The notes under the pieces: generated by a model
What the model was told of the DNA's origin: nothing
Databases searched by the model: none
What the model saw: only the letters and a program-made list of their open reading frames with translations
Translations under genes and position numbers: made by a program
Source of the DNA: Sphingomicrobium sp.
GTDB lineage: Bacteria; Pseudomonadota; Alphaproteobacteria; Sphingomonadales; Sphingomonadaceae
Assembly (NCBI GenBank): GCA_035494075.1
Contig: DATJHF010000041.1
Coordinates: 6,237-70,236, forward strand
Reading direction: 5' to 3'
Length of the DNA stretch: 64,000 bases
Shown: positions 10,556-21,075 of the stretch, piece by piece
Layout of the letters: every line of letters starts with the position of its first letter
How positions within the stretch are numbered: the first letter of the stretch is position 1

Positions 10556-11278
10556 ATGCGCGTTCTGGCAATGGCATCGCAGAAGGGCGGGTCGGGTAAG
10601 ACCACTCTGTCCGGTCACCTTGCGGTGCAAGCGCAAATGGCGGGCGCCGGCCCGGTCTGCCTGATCGACATCGATCCCCAGGGATCGCTGGCCGATTGGT
10701 GGAACGAGCGGCAGGACGATATGCCCGCCTTTGCACAGACCACCGTCGCTCGCCTCGCATCCGACCTTGAGGTGCTTCGCCAGCAGGGCTTCCGCCTGGC
10801 AGTGATCGATACTCCGCCGGCGATCACCATGGCGATCCAGTCGGTCATCGCGGTGGCCGAGCTGATTGTCATTCCGACCCGGCCAAGCCCGCACGACCTT
10901 CGCGCCGTCGGCGCGACCGTCGACCTGTGCGACCGCGCCGGCAAGCCGCTGATTTTCGTCGTCAACGCGGCGACTCCCAAGGCCAAGATCACTTACGAAG
11001 CCGCGGTCGCGCTGTCGCAGCACGGCACCGTCGCCCCGGTGACACTCCATCATCGCACCGATTTTGCCGCCTCGATGATCGACGGCCGCACCGTGATGGA
11101 GGTCGATCCCAACGGCCGCTCGGCCCGCGAAGTGACCGAGCTGTGGGATTATATCTCCGACCGCCTCGAAAAGAATTTCCGCCGCACCGTCTTTGCCGCG
11201 CCGAACCAGGCGCCGGGCATCTCTGCGGCCAGCCCGCGTCCAGTCGGCGGCTTCGGCCGCCGGGTGATGGGCCAGTAA
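10556..11278 (+). CDS. Orphan ParA/MinD-family ATPase (short ParF-like, no N-terminal HTH)
   Basis: Deviant Walker A KGGSGKTT, DIDPQGS, IDTPP, IPTRPSPHDL. Confidence 0.92.
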   Translation: MRVLAMASQKGGSGKTTLSGHLAVQAQMAGAGPVCLIDIDPQGSLADWWNERQDDMPAFAQTTVARLASDLEVLRQQGFRLAVIDTPPAITMAIQSVIAVAELIVIPTRPSPHDLRAVGATVDLCDRAGKPLIFVVNAATPKAKITYEAAVALSQHGTVAPVTLHHRTDFAASMIDGRTVMEVDPNGRSAREVTELWDYISDRLEKNFRRTVFAAPNQAPGISAASPRPVGGFGRRVMGQ

Positions 11279-11290
11279 GGAGTGAGCGCG

Positions 11291-11986
11291 ATGGGTGAAC
11301 CTAAGGCATTCGCGTCGCTCTCCTCGGGCCTGCTGGCCCGTAAGGGTGCCGCTCGTCCGGCAATGAAGCCCCAGGGCTTCGGCCAGAGCGGGGCAGGGAT
11401 GGAAGACCTCGGCTGGAACGACATGGGCTTCGAACCGCCCAAGCCGGTCGTCGCCCCGCTGCGCGATGCGGATCACGACGCCTTTGGTGAGGAATTGCCC
11501 GACCAGCCGCTCCGCAATCCGATCTCCGCGCTGACTCCGATTGCCTCGCCGGTCCACGACCAGCAGGCGGAGATCGCCGAGCGCTTCGCTTCCCATGACG
11601 AGGATGGCGAGGACGAGAATGGCGAATATGTCGATGAGACGGCCGAACTTTATGATCCGGAAGCCGAAGACGCCGAGGCGCCCCTCGAACTGACCGCCGA
11701 GCCGGCACCCGCGCCGGTGGTTGTCGTCCCGCAACAGGTCGCAGCTCCTGCTCCTGCTCCTGCTCCGGTTCGTGCCCGCCACCCGCGCGCCGCTCCTGGA
11801 AGCAAGGGCAAGTCGGCATTCACGCTGCGGCTCGATCCGTCTCGTCATTTGAAGCTGCGTCTTGCCTGTGCGGTCGACGGCCGCTCGGCCCAGCAGCTCG
11901 TTACCGATGCACTCGACCAGCTGCTGCAGGCCATGCCTGAACTGGAATCGATGGCAGAGAAAGCGCCCCGCAAGAAGAGCGCCTGA
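11291..11986 (+). CDS. Hypothetical protein: basic N-terminal peptide, acidic/Pro disordered middle, C-terminal ribbon-helix-helix-like domain
   Basis: SD AGGAG 11278-11282; N-term ASLSSGLLARKGAARPAMK; C-term KSAFTLRLDPSRHLKLRLACAVDGRSAQQLVTDALDQLL. Confidence 0.78.
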   Translation: MGEPKAFASLSSGLLARKGAARPAMKPQGFGQSGAGMEDLGWNDMGFEPPKPVVAPLRDADHDAFGEELPDQPLRNPISALTPIASPVHDQQAEIAERFASHDEDGEDENGEYVDETAELYDPEAEDAEAPLELTAEPAPAPVVVVPQQVAAPAPAPAPVRARHPRAAPGSKGKSAFTLRLDPSRHLKLRLACAVDGRSAQQLVTDALDQLLQAMPELESMAEKAPRKKSA

Positions 11987-12012
11987 TTAAGACTAAGACT
12001 GGGGGAATTAAG

Positions 12013-13347
12013 ATGACCAAGTCGAACCGTCTGGCGACCGCTCTAACCGCCGCGTCGCTCCTTGCGATTGTTACTGCATGCGCCGGCCCGGCCGGAAAGC
12101 CGCGCAGCGCCTCGATCTTCGGCGGAAAGGTCGACACATCCAATATCGGCCTCGCGACCAATGCGCAGATGGCGCTGGCTTCCAACGATGTTGCTGGGGC
12201 GATCCCGCTCGCCGAGCGTGCCGTTGAGAGGAGCCCGCGCGATGCCGGCTTCCGGGCGCTGCTCGGCAACTGCTATCTCGCTGGAGGGCGGTTCGCTTCG
12301 GCCGAAGCCGCTTATCGCGATTCGCTGGCTTTGATCGCCAACCAGCCGCAGGTCGTGCTCAAGCTGGCGCTGGTCGAAATCGCCCAGGGCAAGAACGACG
12401 AAGCCAAATTTCTGCTGGCCCAGGCCCAGAACATCCTCGATCCTGCCGACGTCGGCCTGGCGCTGGCGCTGGCCGGCGACCCGCAGAACGCGGTTGCGGT
12501 GCTGGAGCCTGCGGCACGCGCGCCCGGCGCCGATTCGCGCACCCGCCAAAATCTGGCGCTGGCCTATGCCCTTGCCGGCGATTGGGAGCAGGCCAAGATC
12601 GTCGCTTCCCAGGATATTCCGGGCGACCAGCTCGACGCCCGCATCCAACAGTGGATGGCGCTCGCCAAGCCGGCCAAGACTTCGGACCAGGTCGCAGCTT
12701 TCATTGGCATCCAGCCGGTGGCGAGCGACCCCGGCCAGCCCACCCGGCTGGCGTTGAATGAAGCGGCACCGGTCCAGCAGGCGGCCGCCGAACCGATCGG
12801 CGACGTTCCGCAGGGACTGTCGTCGACGGCGACGGTTGAGCTCCCGCCTGCTCCGGTGACGGCCGCCGAGCCGGTTGCCGTGGCCGCCGCCGAACCCACG
12901 CCCGCTCCCGCAGTCGTTCCGGCCGCTGTTGCCGAGCCGGCCCCAGCGCCGATCGTGCCTGCGGCCGCCGTCGCCGAAGCCCGCCCCGCCTTGTCGCCGG
13001 CGGCGGTTCGCTTGTCGGAGTCGATCGGCACCATCCGCAAGGCCCCGGCCACGCGCGCTGGCAGGGGCAAGAGCCAGGCAGTCGTCCAGATCGGCGCCTA
13101 TTCGTCGCGCGATCGCATTGCCGCGGCCTGGACCAAGGTTGCCGGCAAGCATGGCTCGCTGAAGAGCTATGTGCCTGTCACCGCCCGCTTCGCCGGCGCC
13201 AAGGGCACCGTCTATCGCCTGGCGGTGAAGGGCTTCAACAACGACCGTGAAGCGGTCAACCTGTGCGCTTCGCTGAAGCGCGCCGGTGCCAGCTGCTTCG
13301 TCCGTTCGGTGTCGGGCGACGCGCCGGTCCAGTTCGCTTCGCGCTAA
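12013..13347 (+). CDS. TPR-repeat lipoprotein with C-terminal SPOR domain
   Basis: Lipobox-like VTAC; TPRs (PRDAGFRALLGNCYLAGGRFASAE, RTRQNLALAYALAGDW); SPOR (VVQIGAYSS...VYRLAVKGF...LCASLKRAGASCFV). Confidence 0.88.
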   Translation: MTKSNRLATALTAASLLAIVTACAGPAGKPRSASIFGGKVDTSNIGLATNAQMALASNDVAGAIPLAERAVERSPRDAGFRALLGNCYLAGGRFASAEAAYRDSLALIANQPQVVLKLALVEIAQGKNDEAKFLLAQAQNILDPADVGLALALAGDPQNAVAVLEPAARAPGADSRTRQNLALAYALAGDWEQAKIVASQDIPGDQLDARIQQWMALAKPAKTSDQVAAFIGIQPVASDPGQPTRLALNEAAPVQQAAAEPIGDVPQGLSSTATVELPPAPVTAAEPVAVAAAEPTPAPAVVPAAVAEPAPAPIVPAAAVAEARPALSPAAVRLSESIGTIRKAPATRAGRGKSQAVVQIGAYSSRDRIAAAWTKVAGKHGSLKSYVPVTARFAGAKGTVYRLAVKGFNNDREAVNLCASLKRAGASCFVRSVSGDAPVQFASR

Positions 13348-13356
13348 GCGCTGGCG

Positions 13357-14259
13357 CTAAACGCGGGCCAGCCGCTCCGCCGTCAAAAGGTCAAGGCAGG
13401 CCATCCTGACCGCAACGCCCATCTCGACCTGCCGCACGATCAGCGAGCAGGTCGGATGGTCGGCCAGTGACCCTTCGATTTCAACGCCCCGGTTGATTGG
13501 GCCCGGGTGCATGATCACTGCACCGGGCGCCGCCTTTGCGAAACGTGCTTCGGTGAGACCGTAGCGGGCCAGAAATTCGCCCGGCCCGTCGCCCAGCTCT
13601 TCTTCCAGCCGTTCGCGCTGGACCCGCAGCATCATCACCACGTCGGCGCCGTCGACTGCCTCGTCGATCGATCCGCCGGCGAGACCTTCGGGCATGAGCG
13701 ACGGCGGTCCGGCGAAGCGCAGCTTGGCGCCCAGCCGCTCCAGCAGCTTGCCATTGGATCGCGCCACCCGGCTATGCTTGATGTCTCCGCAAATGGTGAC
13801 TTTCAGGCCTTCGATCCGGCCGAAATGCTGGCGAATGGTGGCCGCATCCAGCAGCGCCTGCGTCGGGTGCTCGCCGACCCCGTCGCCGGCATTGATCACC
13901 GGGCAGTCCATGATCGCCGCGACATCCGCCGGAGCGCCGCTGGTGCCGTGGCGGATGACCATCGCGTCGGGGCGCATCGCGTTCAGAGTCCGCGCCGTGT
14001 CCTCCAGCGTCTCGCCCTTCTTGATCGAGCTATGTTCGACCTGCATCGTCACCACCTGCGCCCCAAGCCGGTGGGCGGCGATCTCGAAGCTCAAAAGCGT
14101 GCGGGTCGAATTTTCGAAGAAGGCATTGACGATGGTCAGGCCGTCGAGCCGATGGTCGTTGCGCCGCGGCTGGCGGTTATAGGCGAACCAGCGCTCGCCC
14201 TCGTCGAGGATGGCCTTGATCTGGGCGTCGCTCAGATCGTCGATGGACAGCAGATGCAT
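13357..14259 (-). CDS. pyrB: Aspartate carbamoyltransferase catalytic subunit
   Basis: FFENSTRT, KGETLEDT, INAGDG, HPTQALLD, HPGPINRG. Confidence 0.97.
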   Translation of the reverse strand: MHLLSIDDLSDAQIKAILDEGERWFAYNRQPRRNDHRLDGLTIVNAFFENSTRTLLSFEIAAHRLGAQVVTMQVEHSSIKKGETLEDTARTLNAMRPDAMVIRHGTSGAPADVAAIMDCPVINAGDGVGEHPTQALLDAATIRQHFGRIEGLKVTICGDIKHSRVARSNGKLLERLGAKLRFAGPPSLMPEGLAGGSIDEAVDGADVVMMLRVQRERLEEELGDGPGEFLARYGLTEARFAKAAPGAVIMHPGPINRGVEIEGSLADHPTCSLIVRQVEMGVAVRMACLDLLTAERLARV

Positions 14260-14271
14260 TAAAGGTGCGCC

Positions 14272-14757
14272 CTAGCGTGCAGGCGGCAGATTGACCAGCG
14301 CGTCGATCGCGCCCTGCAAAATATGCGCCGCGGCATGGGCGTCGACCTTCAGGGCGCGCTTGGCGCGGCTCATGTCGGCCTCGATCATCGCTCGCTCGAC
14401 GGCCACCGTCGACCAGCGCTCGTCCCACATCAGGATGGGCAGGGCGAGCGGAGCGAGGTTGCGGGCGAAGGCTCGCACCGACTGCGTGCGCGGGCTGTCG
14501 CTGCCGTCGAGGTTGAGCGGCAGGCCGGCGACCAGGCCAACGATGGCGTGCTTCGTGATAAAGGCCTTGAGTAATTCAAGGTCGGCGGTGAACTTGGTCC
14601 GCCTCAACGTCTCCGCAGCCGTCGCATAGCTCCATCCGGCATCGCAGGTGGCAAGGCCGACCGTCTTGGTGCCGACGTCCAGCCCGGCCAGCCGTCCGTG
14701 GCCGGGGAGGGCGGATGCGAATTCCGCCGCACTGGCCGTGATCAATGTGCCCGCCAC
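14272..14757 (-). CDS. ruvX: YqgF/RuvX pre-16S rRNA nuclease
   Basis: [38 protein letters not shown]. Confidence 0.95.
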   Translation of the reverse strand: MAGTLITASAAEFASALPGHGRLAGLDVGTKTVGLATCDAGWSYATAAETLRRTKFTADLELLKAFITKHAIVGLVAGLPLNLDGSDSPRTQSVRAFARNLAPLALPILMWDERWSTVAVERAMIEADMSRAKRALKVDAHAAAHILQGAIDALVNLPPAR

Positions 14758-15848
14758 GCCGTCACGCGCCGCTCCACGTCGGCCCGGATCGAACCCCAGA
14801 ACAGGGCATAGTCGTAGACGTGATAGTTATTCCCCGGCAGCACATAGGGCCCCAGATTGGGCACATCGCCGTCGATTAGCAGGAAGCCCTTGTTGCAGCG
14901 AGCGCCGACCCGGCCGGGGGCGATCGAAGCTTCGGAGAGATTGCCGTTCGGCAGCAGCGTCCCCCGGTTGACCGACGCCGGTGCGGCGGCGTCCTTCGTT
15001 CCGGCCAGCGGGTTGGTGCACAGCATGTCCTCGCGTCGGCGCTTGGCGCCGGTGAGCCCCTTGGTCCCGACCCAGGCATCGGTGATCAGTTCCGTGTTTT
15101 TCGGCTCCCTGAAGCTCTGCCAGCTCAGCACGCATTCCGACTGATGCGGGTCGGAGCAGGGCGAAAGGCCGGTTGCCGGCAGGTCGGCGGTCACGCTGAC
15201 CGGCCAGCCGACGACATAGGCCGCAACCAGGCGGCCCTTGAGCGCATCCCGGCGATCCTTAAGCAGCCGCAGCAGGTGCAAAGACCCCTGGCTATGCCCC
15301 GCCAGGATAATGTCAGACGTCGGATTCCGCCGCAGGAATTCGTCGAAGGCTGCGAGCACGTCGCGGTAGGCCAGGTTCAGGGCCTCGTCGGCATCCCTGC
15401 TCCGCAGGAGGAATGCGCCATAGGCCGCCTGCCGGTATTCGGGAGCCCAGACTTGCGAAATGCCGTTGAAGACGCTGGCCTGGCTCTGGACGAACAGCAG
15501 CGAACGGTCCGCCGACTGACCCGCGAGGTCCAGGGGCGCATTCCAGCGGTCGCGTTCCAGATAAGTCGTCGGATGAATGTAGAAGGTCGCCGCCTGGTTG
15601 CCGGGCTTCGACGCGACGACTCCCTGGGGCACCCACTCCGCGCGATTGCCGGCGAGATCGGGCATGGCTAGCCAGCTGTCGGCCTTGGAATAATCAGGCC
15701 CACTGCCCTTGGGCGGCGCCTGGAAATGGCCGACCGGGGTTGCCATTTTGACCAGCGCCTCGCCGCCCCACTGATAGAATGCGAACGCCCCGCCGACGAC
15801 GATCAGCGTCAGGATGAAGATACAACCGAGGAAGCGGCGAGCGCACAT
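14742..15848 (-). CDS. DUF3089 alpha/beta-hydrolase-fold protein
   Basis: [22 protein letters not shown] nucleophile elbow, YHVYDY; N-terminal TM. Confidence 0.85.
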   Translation of the reverse strand: MCARRFLGCIFILTLIVVGGAFAFYQWGGEALVKMATPVGHFQAPPKGSGPDYSKADSWLAMPDLAGNRAEWVPQGVVASKPGNQAATFYIHPTTYLERDRWNAPLDLAGQSADRSLLFVQSQASVFNGISQVWAPEYRQAAYGAFLLRSRDADEALNLAYRDVLAAFDEFLRRNPTSDIILAGHSQGSLHLLRLLKDRRDALKGRLVAAYVVGWPVSVTADLPATGLSPCSDPHQSECVLSWQSFREPKNTELITDAWVGTKGLTGAKRRREDMLCTNPLAGTKDAAAPASVNRGTLLPNGNLSEASIAPGRVGARCNKGFLLIDGDVPNLGPYVLPGNNYHVYDYALFWGSIRADVERRVTAWRAH

Positions 15849-16005
15849 TGGCCGCTGCGGTTAGGGGAGGGGCGGCGGCCCGGCAAGACGGCGGTTTTCA
15901 CCAAATGCTCAGCAGAGGGTCATGCCTCTCACCAATTCTGCCCCTAGCTCGTTGCGGGCCTGAACAAGACGGCTACTCTGCCGATGCCAAATGGGGGAGA
16001 GGGCA

Positions 16006-17733
16006 ATGACCGAGCGATTCGATGCTGAAGACAGGGATTGGCCGGTAAGGCCGTGGATCCTGGCCGCGATCGGCGCAGTCGGCGGACTGATCGTCCATTT
16101 CCTCACCGACCACCATTATGGCGACCCGTTCCCGGTGTGGAAGCAGGCGGCAACCAGCTTCACCGCCATCGCCGTGGTCAGTTTTCTCCTGACCGTCGAA
16201 CTCCGCCGCTGGACCTGGTCGATCGCCTTCTCCGTAGGCTGGGGCGCGGTAATCGCGCTGATCGGCTGGTTTACCGCCCAGTACAACCAGGTCCCCGATA
16301 TCTTCGAATTCCCCTTCTTTTCCGGCGTCCTCGCGGTGCTGGTCGCCGCACCATTGTTCCAGACCATTCGTGACGAAGGCGCCTGGCGCTTCCCCTATGC
16401 GCGGCTGCATCGGCACGCCTGGACCGACGCGGTGATCGGGGTGGCAAGCCTCGCTTTTACCGGTATCACCTTCCTGCTCGCGTGGCTGATCGCCTCCCTG
16501 TTCGACGTGATCGGCATCGATGCAATCAAGGACCTGCTGCAGAAGGATTGGTTCAACTGGCTGCTCGCCGGCCTGGCATTTGGCGGCGCGCTGGGAATCC
16601 TGCGCGAACGCGATGCGATCGTCGCGACCCTGCAAAAGCTGGTGATGGTGGTTCTCGCCGTGCTGGCGCCGGTACTTGCCGTCGCGCTGGCGGCGTTCCT
16701 TCTTTCGTTGCCTTTCACCGGCCTAAAGGGGCTGTGGGAATCCGACATCCCGGCAACGCCGATGCTGCTGCTGTCGGGGGCAGGCGCGATCCTGCTTGCC
16801 AATGCAGTGATCGGCAACGGCGAGGAGGATCGCAGCCCCAGCATCTGGCTGCGGCGCGCTGCGCTCCTGCTGGTCGTCTGCGTCCTTCCCCTGGGCTTCT
16901 TCGCCGCATTGTCGATGGGCCAACGGATCGGGGAATATGGCTGGACGCCGGAGCGCATCTGGGGCGCGATCGCGGTCGCCGTCGCGCTGGCTTATGGCGC
17001 CGCCGCCTGGTGGGCGGTGTTCAAGGGTCGCCAAAGCTTCGATGGCCCGCTGCGACCGCTGCAGACGAAATTGGCGATCGGTCTTTGCGGCCTCGCATTG
17101 TTCCTCGCGCTGCCGATTGTCGATTTCGGAGCGATCAGCGCCAAGTCGCAGCTCGCCCGCCTCGAAAGCGGCAAGGTCAAGGCCGAGGAGTTCGACTGGA
17201 CCGCCATGGCGTTCGATTTCGGCAAATCGGGCCGCAGGCAGCTCGCCCAGATCGAAGAGACCGGCCCGGCAAATCAGCGCGAATTGGCCAAGGCCGCCCT
17301 TGCCAGCACCAACCGATGGGACCTGTCCAACTCGACGCAAATGGTTGAGCGCAAGGCTGATATCGAAAAGCGCGTACGGCTGCTGTCTCCGGACATCATC
17401 TGGACCGAAGATCTCAAGCAGCGGATTTCTGCTGTCGGCGACTGTGAGGACGATTCGCAGTGCACGTTGATTCGGCTGTCGACAGACAGGCTGGTCCTGC
17501 TTCGCTCCTATGGCGCCGAATACCCTTTGCTGGTCTCGACGATAGAGACAGCGCTGCCGGCAGAAGTGGCTGGTGCCGACAACCCGAAGGCGGTCGATGT
17601 CGCCGATACAGACACGACCAACATCAAGGGCATCGATCTGCGCAAGGCGAAGGTAGAAGTGCGAGAGGTTATGGTTCGCCAGGTCTACGTCGACGGCAAG
17701 CCCGTCAGCCAGGCAGTTCCAATAAGCCGTTGA
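16006..17733 (+). CDS. Multi-pass membrane protein, DUF4153-like
   Basis: About 12 hydrophobic segments, RIGEYGWTPERIW motif, soluble C-terminal region. Confidence 0.75.
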   Translation: MTERFDAEDRDWPVRPWILAAIGAVGGLIVHFLTDHHYGDPFPVWKQAATSFTAIAVVSFLLTVELRRWTWSIAFSVGWGAVIALIGWFTAQYNQVPDIFEFPFFSGVLAVLVAAPLFQTIRDEGAWRFPYARLHRHAWTDAVIGVASLAFTGITFLLAWLIASLFDVIGIDAIKDLLQKDWFNWLLAGLAFGGALGILRERDAIVATLQKLVMVVLAVLAPVLAVALAAFLLSLPFTGLKGLWESDIPATPMLLLSGAGAILLANAVIGNGEEDRSPSIWLRRAALLLVVCVLPLGFFAALSMGQRIGEYGWTPERIWGAIAVAVALAYGAAAWWAVFKGRQSFDGPLRPLQTKLAIGLCGLALFLALPIVDFGAISAKSQLARLESGKVKAEEFDWTAMAFDFGKSGRRQLAQIEETGPANQRELAKAALASTNRWDLSNSTQMVERKADIEKRVRLLSPDIIWTEDLKQRISAVGDCEDDSQCTLIRLSTDRLVLLRSYGAEYPLLVSTIETALPAEVAGADNPKAVDVADTDTTNIKGIDLRKAKVEVREVMVRQVYVDGKPVSQAVPISR

Positions 17734-17765
17734 AGGTCAGCTAAGCGCCTGCTAGCCGCCCCTCC

Positions 17766-18053
17766 ATGTCCGTAAACGCAGAACAGGTGCGCCACGTCGC
17801 GCGTCTCGCCCGGCTGGCGCTGGGCGATGACGAAATCGACCGCATGGTGCCGGAATTGAACAATATCCTCGGCTGGGTCGAGCAGCTTGGCGAAGTCGAT
17901 ACCGACGGCGTCGAGCCGCTGACCGCTGTCATCGAAAACCACCTCCGCCTCCGCGATGACGTGGTCGACGACGGCAACGTCCGCGACGATATCCTCAAGA
18001 ATGCGCCCGACGCGCAGCACGGCTTTTTTGCCGTGCCCAAGGTGATCGAATAA
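17766..18053 (+). CDS. gatC: Asp/Glu-tRNA amidotransferase subunit C
   Basis: [10 protein letters not shown]...FFAVPKVIE. Confidence 0.97.
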   Translation: MSVNAEQVRHVARLARLALGDDEIDRMVPELNNILGWVEQLGEVDTDGVEPLTAVIENHLRLRDDVVDDGNVRDDILKNAPDAQHGFFAVPKVIE

Positions 18054-19531
18054 TGTCGGAGCTCACCCTCAAGACGATCACCGAGCTGCGCGAGGGCTTT
18101 CGCTCCGGCGATTTCTCGGCGCGCGAGATCGCCGAAGCCTTCAATGCCGCGGTGGCCGCCGCCCGTCCGCTCAACGCCTTCACGGTCGAGACCCCCGAAC
18201 TGGCGCTCGAAGCCGCCGATGCCGCCGACACCGCCCGCACCGCCGGCGACCTGAAGCCGCTCTCCGGCATCCCGCTCGGCATCAAGGACCTGTTCGCCAC
18301 CGAAGGCGTCGACAGCACTTCCGGCTCCAACATCCTCAAGCACTTCAAGCCGACCTACGAAAGCACCGTCTCCGGCAACCTCAAGGCCGCCGGCTCCGGA
18401 ATGCTCGGCAAATTGAACATGGACGAGTTCGCCATGGGCTCGTCCAACGAGACCAGCGCCTACGGCCCGGTCATCAGCCCCTGGAAGCGCAACGACGGCG
18501 GCAATGCCCCGCTGACCCCCGGCGGCTCGTCGGGCGGCTCGGCTGCGGCGGTCGCCGCTGGCCTCGCCCCGGGCGTCACCGGCACCGACACCGGCGGCTC
18601 GATCCGCCAGCCGGCCGCCTTCACCGGCATTTCGGGCATCAAGCCCACCTACGGCCGCTGCTCGCGCTGGGGCATCGTCGCCTTCGCCTCGTCGCTCGAC
18701 CAGGCCGGGCCGATGGCCCGCACGGTGCGCGATTGCGCCATCATGCTGGAGGCGATGGCCGGCTTCGATCCCAAGGACGCCACCTCCTTGAACCTGCCCG
18801 TGCCGCAGTGGGAAGCGGGGCTTTCCGGCGACCTCCGCGGCAAGAAAGTCGGCATCCCCAAGGAATATCGCATCGACGGCGTTCCCGCAGAGATCAACGC
18901 GATCTGGGACCAGGGCATCGAGTGGCTCAAGGATGCCGGCGCCGAGGTGGTCCAGATCAGCCTGCCGCACACCAGATATGCGCTTCCGACCTATTACATC
19001 ATCGCCCCCGCCGAGGCCTCGTCCAACCTCGCCCGCTATGACGGCGTCCGCTACGGCCTGCGCGAAATGGGGGTGAAGAGCCTCGACGACATGTATGCCG
19101 CGACCCGCGCCGCCGGCTTCGGCGCCGAGGTCAAGCGCCGCATCATGATCGGCACCTATGTGCTGTCGGCGGGCTTCTATGACGCATATTTCACCAAGGC
19201 GCAGAAGGTTCGCACCCTGATCAAGCGCGACTTCGCGGAAGCCTTCAAGCAGTGCGACCTAATCCTGACCCCGACTGCGCCGTCGGCGGCGTTCGGGCTG
19301 CAGGAGAAGATGTCGGACCCGCTGGCGATGTACCTGAACGACGTATTCGCTGTGCCCGCCAGCCTCGCCGGCCTTCCGGCCATGTCGGTCCCCGGCGGGC
19401 TCGACAGCCAGGGCCTGCCGCTCGGCCTGCACCTGATTGGCCGCGAGCTCGACGAGCAGGGCGTCCTCAACGCCGGCCTCGCCATCGAGGAGCGGGCGGG
19501 GTTCAATCATCGTCCCAAGAGGTGGTGGTAA
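18053..19531 (+). CDS. gatA: Asp/Glu-tRNA amidotransferase subunit A
   Basis: Amidase signature [34 protein letters not shown]. Confidence 0.98.
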   Translation: MSELTLKTITELREGFRSGDFSAREIAEAFNAAVAAARPLNAFTVETPELALEAADAADTARTAGDLKPLSGIPLGIKDLFATEGVDSTSGSNILKHFKPTYESTVSGNLKAAGSGMLGKLNMDEFAMGSSNETSAYGPVISPWKRNDGGNAPLTPGGSSGGSAAAVAAGLAPGVTGTDTGGSIRQPAAFTGISGIKPTYGRCSRWGIVAFASSLDQAGPMARTVRDCAIMLEAMAGFDPKDATSLNLPVPQWEAGLSGDLRGKKVGIPKEYRIDGVPAEINAIWDQGIEWLKDAGAEVVQISLPHTRYALPTYYIIAPAEASSNLARYDGVRYGLREMGVKSLDDMYAATRAAGFGAEVKRRIMIGTYVLSAGFYDAYFTKAQKVRTLIKRDFAEAFKQCDLILTPTAPSAAFGLQEKMSDPLAMYLNDVFAVPASLAGLPAMSVPGGLDSQGLPLGLHLIGRELDEQGVLNAGLAIEERAGFNHRPKRWW

Positions 19532-21009
19532 TGGCTGACGCAACTGCACCCTACCGCATCAAAGGCGCCACCGGCGACTGGGAGGTCGTGGTCGGCCTCG
19601 AAGTCCACGCCCAGGTCGTCTCCAACGCCAAGCTCTTCTCCGGCGCCGCGACGGCGTTCGGGGCCGAGCCCAACACGCAGGTGAGCCTGGTCGACGCGGC
19701 CATGCCCGGCATGCTCCCGGTGCCCAACCGCGAATGCATTCGCCAGGCAGTCCGCACCGGTATGGCCCTGGACGCGGTGATCAACCGCTGGAGCCGCTTC
19801 GACCGCAAGAATTATTTCTATGCGGACCTGCCGCAGGGCTACCAGATCTCGCAGCTCTACCACCCGCTGGTCGGCCCCGGCGAAGTCGAGATCCTGCTCG
19901 ACGAGAAGGACGAGAATAGCGTCAAGCAGATCGGCATCGAGCGCATCCATGTCGAGCAGGACGCCGGCAAGCTGATGCACGACCAGCACCCGACCATGTC
20001 CTACGTCGACCTCAACCGCTCGGGCGTCGCGCTGATGGAAATCGTCTCGCGGCCAGACATGAGTTCCCCCGCCGAAGCAGGAGCTTATCTCCGTAAGCTA
20101 AGAGCAATTCTCCGCTATGTCGGCTCGTGCGACGGCAATATGGAGGAAGGCTCGATGCGCGCCGACGTCAACGTCAGCGTGCGGAAAGTCGGCGGCGAGC
20201 TCGGCACTCGCACCGAGACCAAGAACGTCAATTCGGTCCGCTTCGTCATGGCGGTGATCGAGCATGAGGCGCGCCGCCAGGTCGAGGTGCTGGAAGAGGG
20301 CGGCCAGATCGTCCAGGAAACCCGCCTCTACGACCCCGACAAGAATGTCACCCGCACCCTGCGGTCGAAGGAAGATGCGCACGACTATCGCTACTTCCCC
20401 GACCCAGACCTGCTGCCGCTGGAGCTGGACGAGGCCTTCCTCGAGGAATGCCGATCCTCGTTGCCCGAATTGCCCGACGCCAAGCGCAAGCGGTTCGAAG
20501 GGCTGGGGATCAGCGCCTACAACGCTTCGGTGCTGACTGCCGAGGTAGAGATTGCCCGTTGGTTCGACGGCCTGCTCGATGCGGGCGCCGAGCCCAAGCA
20601 GGCATCCAACTGGACCGTCGCCGAGCTATTCGGCGCGCTCAACCGCACCGGTAAGAGCATCGACGAATGCCCGATCTCGCCCGAGGAAGCCGCTGAGTTG
20701 CTGAAGCTCGTCGCCGACGGCACCATCAGCGGCACCATCGCCAAGCAGGTGTTCGAGATCATGCTCGAGACCGGCGATGCGCCGTCGAAGATCGTCGAGG
20801 AACGCGGCCTCAAGCAGACCAGCGACACCGGCGCGATCGACGCGGAGATCGACAAGATCCTCGCCGCCAACGCCGACAAGGTCGCCGAGTATAAGTCGGG
20901 CAAGCAGCAGCTGTTCGGCTTCTTCGTCGGCCAGACGATGAAGGCCATGGCCGGCAAGGCCAATCCGGGTGTGGTCAACGAGCGGCTGCGGGCCAAGCTT
21001 GGCGGCTGA
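19531..21009 (+). CDS. gatB: Asp/Glu-tRNA amidotransferase subunit B
   Basis: [36 protein letters not shown]; true start is ATG 19531 overlapping the gatA TAA. Confidence 0.97.
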   Translation: MADATAPYRIKGATGDWEVVVGLEVHAQVVSNAKLFSGAATAFGAEPNTQVSLVDAAMPGMLPVPNRECIRQAVRTGMALDAVINRWSRFDRKNYFYADLPQGYQISQLYHPLVGPGEVEILLDEKDENSVKQIGIERIHVEQDAGKLMHDQHPTMSYVDLNRSGVALMEIVSRPDMSSPAEAGAYLRKLRAILRYVGSCDGNMEEGSMRADVNVSVRKVGGELGTRTETKNVNSVRFVMAVIEHEARRQVEVLEEGGQIVQETRLYDPDKNVTRTLRSKEDAHDYRYFPDPDLLPLELDEAFLEECRSSLPELPDAKRKRFEGLGISAYNASVLTAEVEIARWFDGLLDAGAEPKQASNWTVAELFGALNRTGKSIDECPISPEEAAELLKLVADGTISGTIAKQVFEIMLETGDAPSKIVEERGLKQTSDTGAIDAEIDKILAANADKVAEYKSGKQQLFGFFVGQTMKAMAGKANPGVVNERLRAKLGG

Positions 21010-21075
21010 TTTCGGCTTTAATTTTGAAGGTCGGCCGCTACTCTGTGGCGGGATGTTCGGCGGGCGGGGGAATCG

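Noticed and set aside
10556-11986. Integrated plasmid partition cassette
   Set aside because: No replication or mobility genes; embedded among core genes with ordinary composition, so treated as a chromosomal orphan ParA system
19252-19530. ORF-track 5' extensions of gatB (also miaA, serB, phosphatase, lolE, ccmG, ccmI, 2H protein, 28423 lipoprotein)
   Set aside because: They overlap neighbouring genes or lack family-like sequence; downstream starts fit SD, stop-start coupling or signal peptides better
17766-21009. gatCAB looks more biased to C/G-ending codons than its neighbours (possible recombination)
   Set aside because: Impression only; needs a GC3/CAI computation, and high expression would explain it
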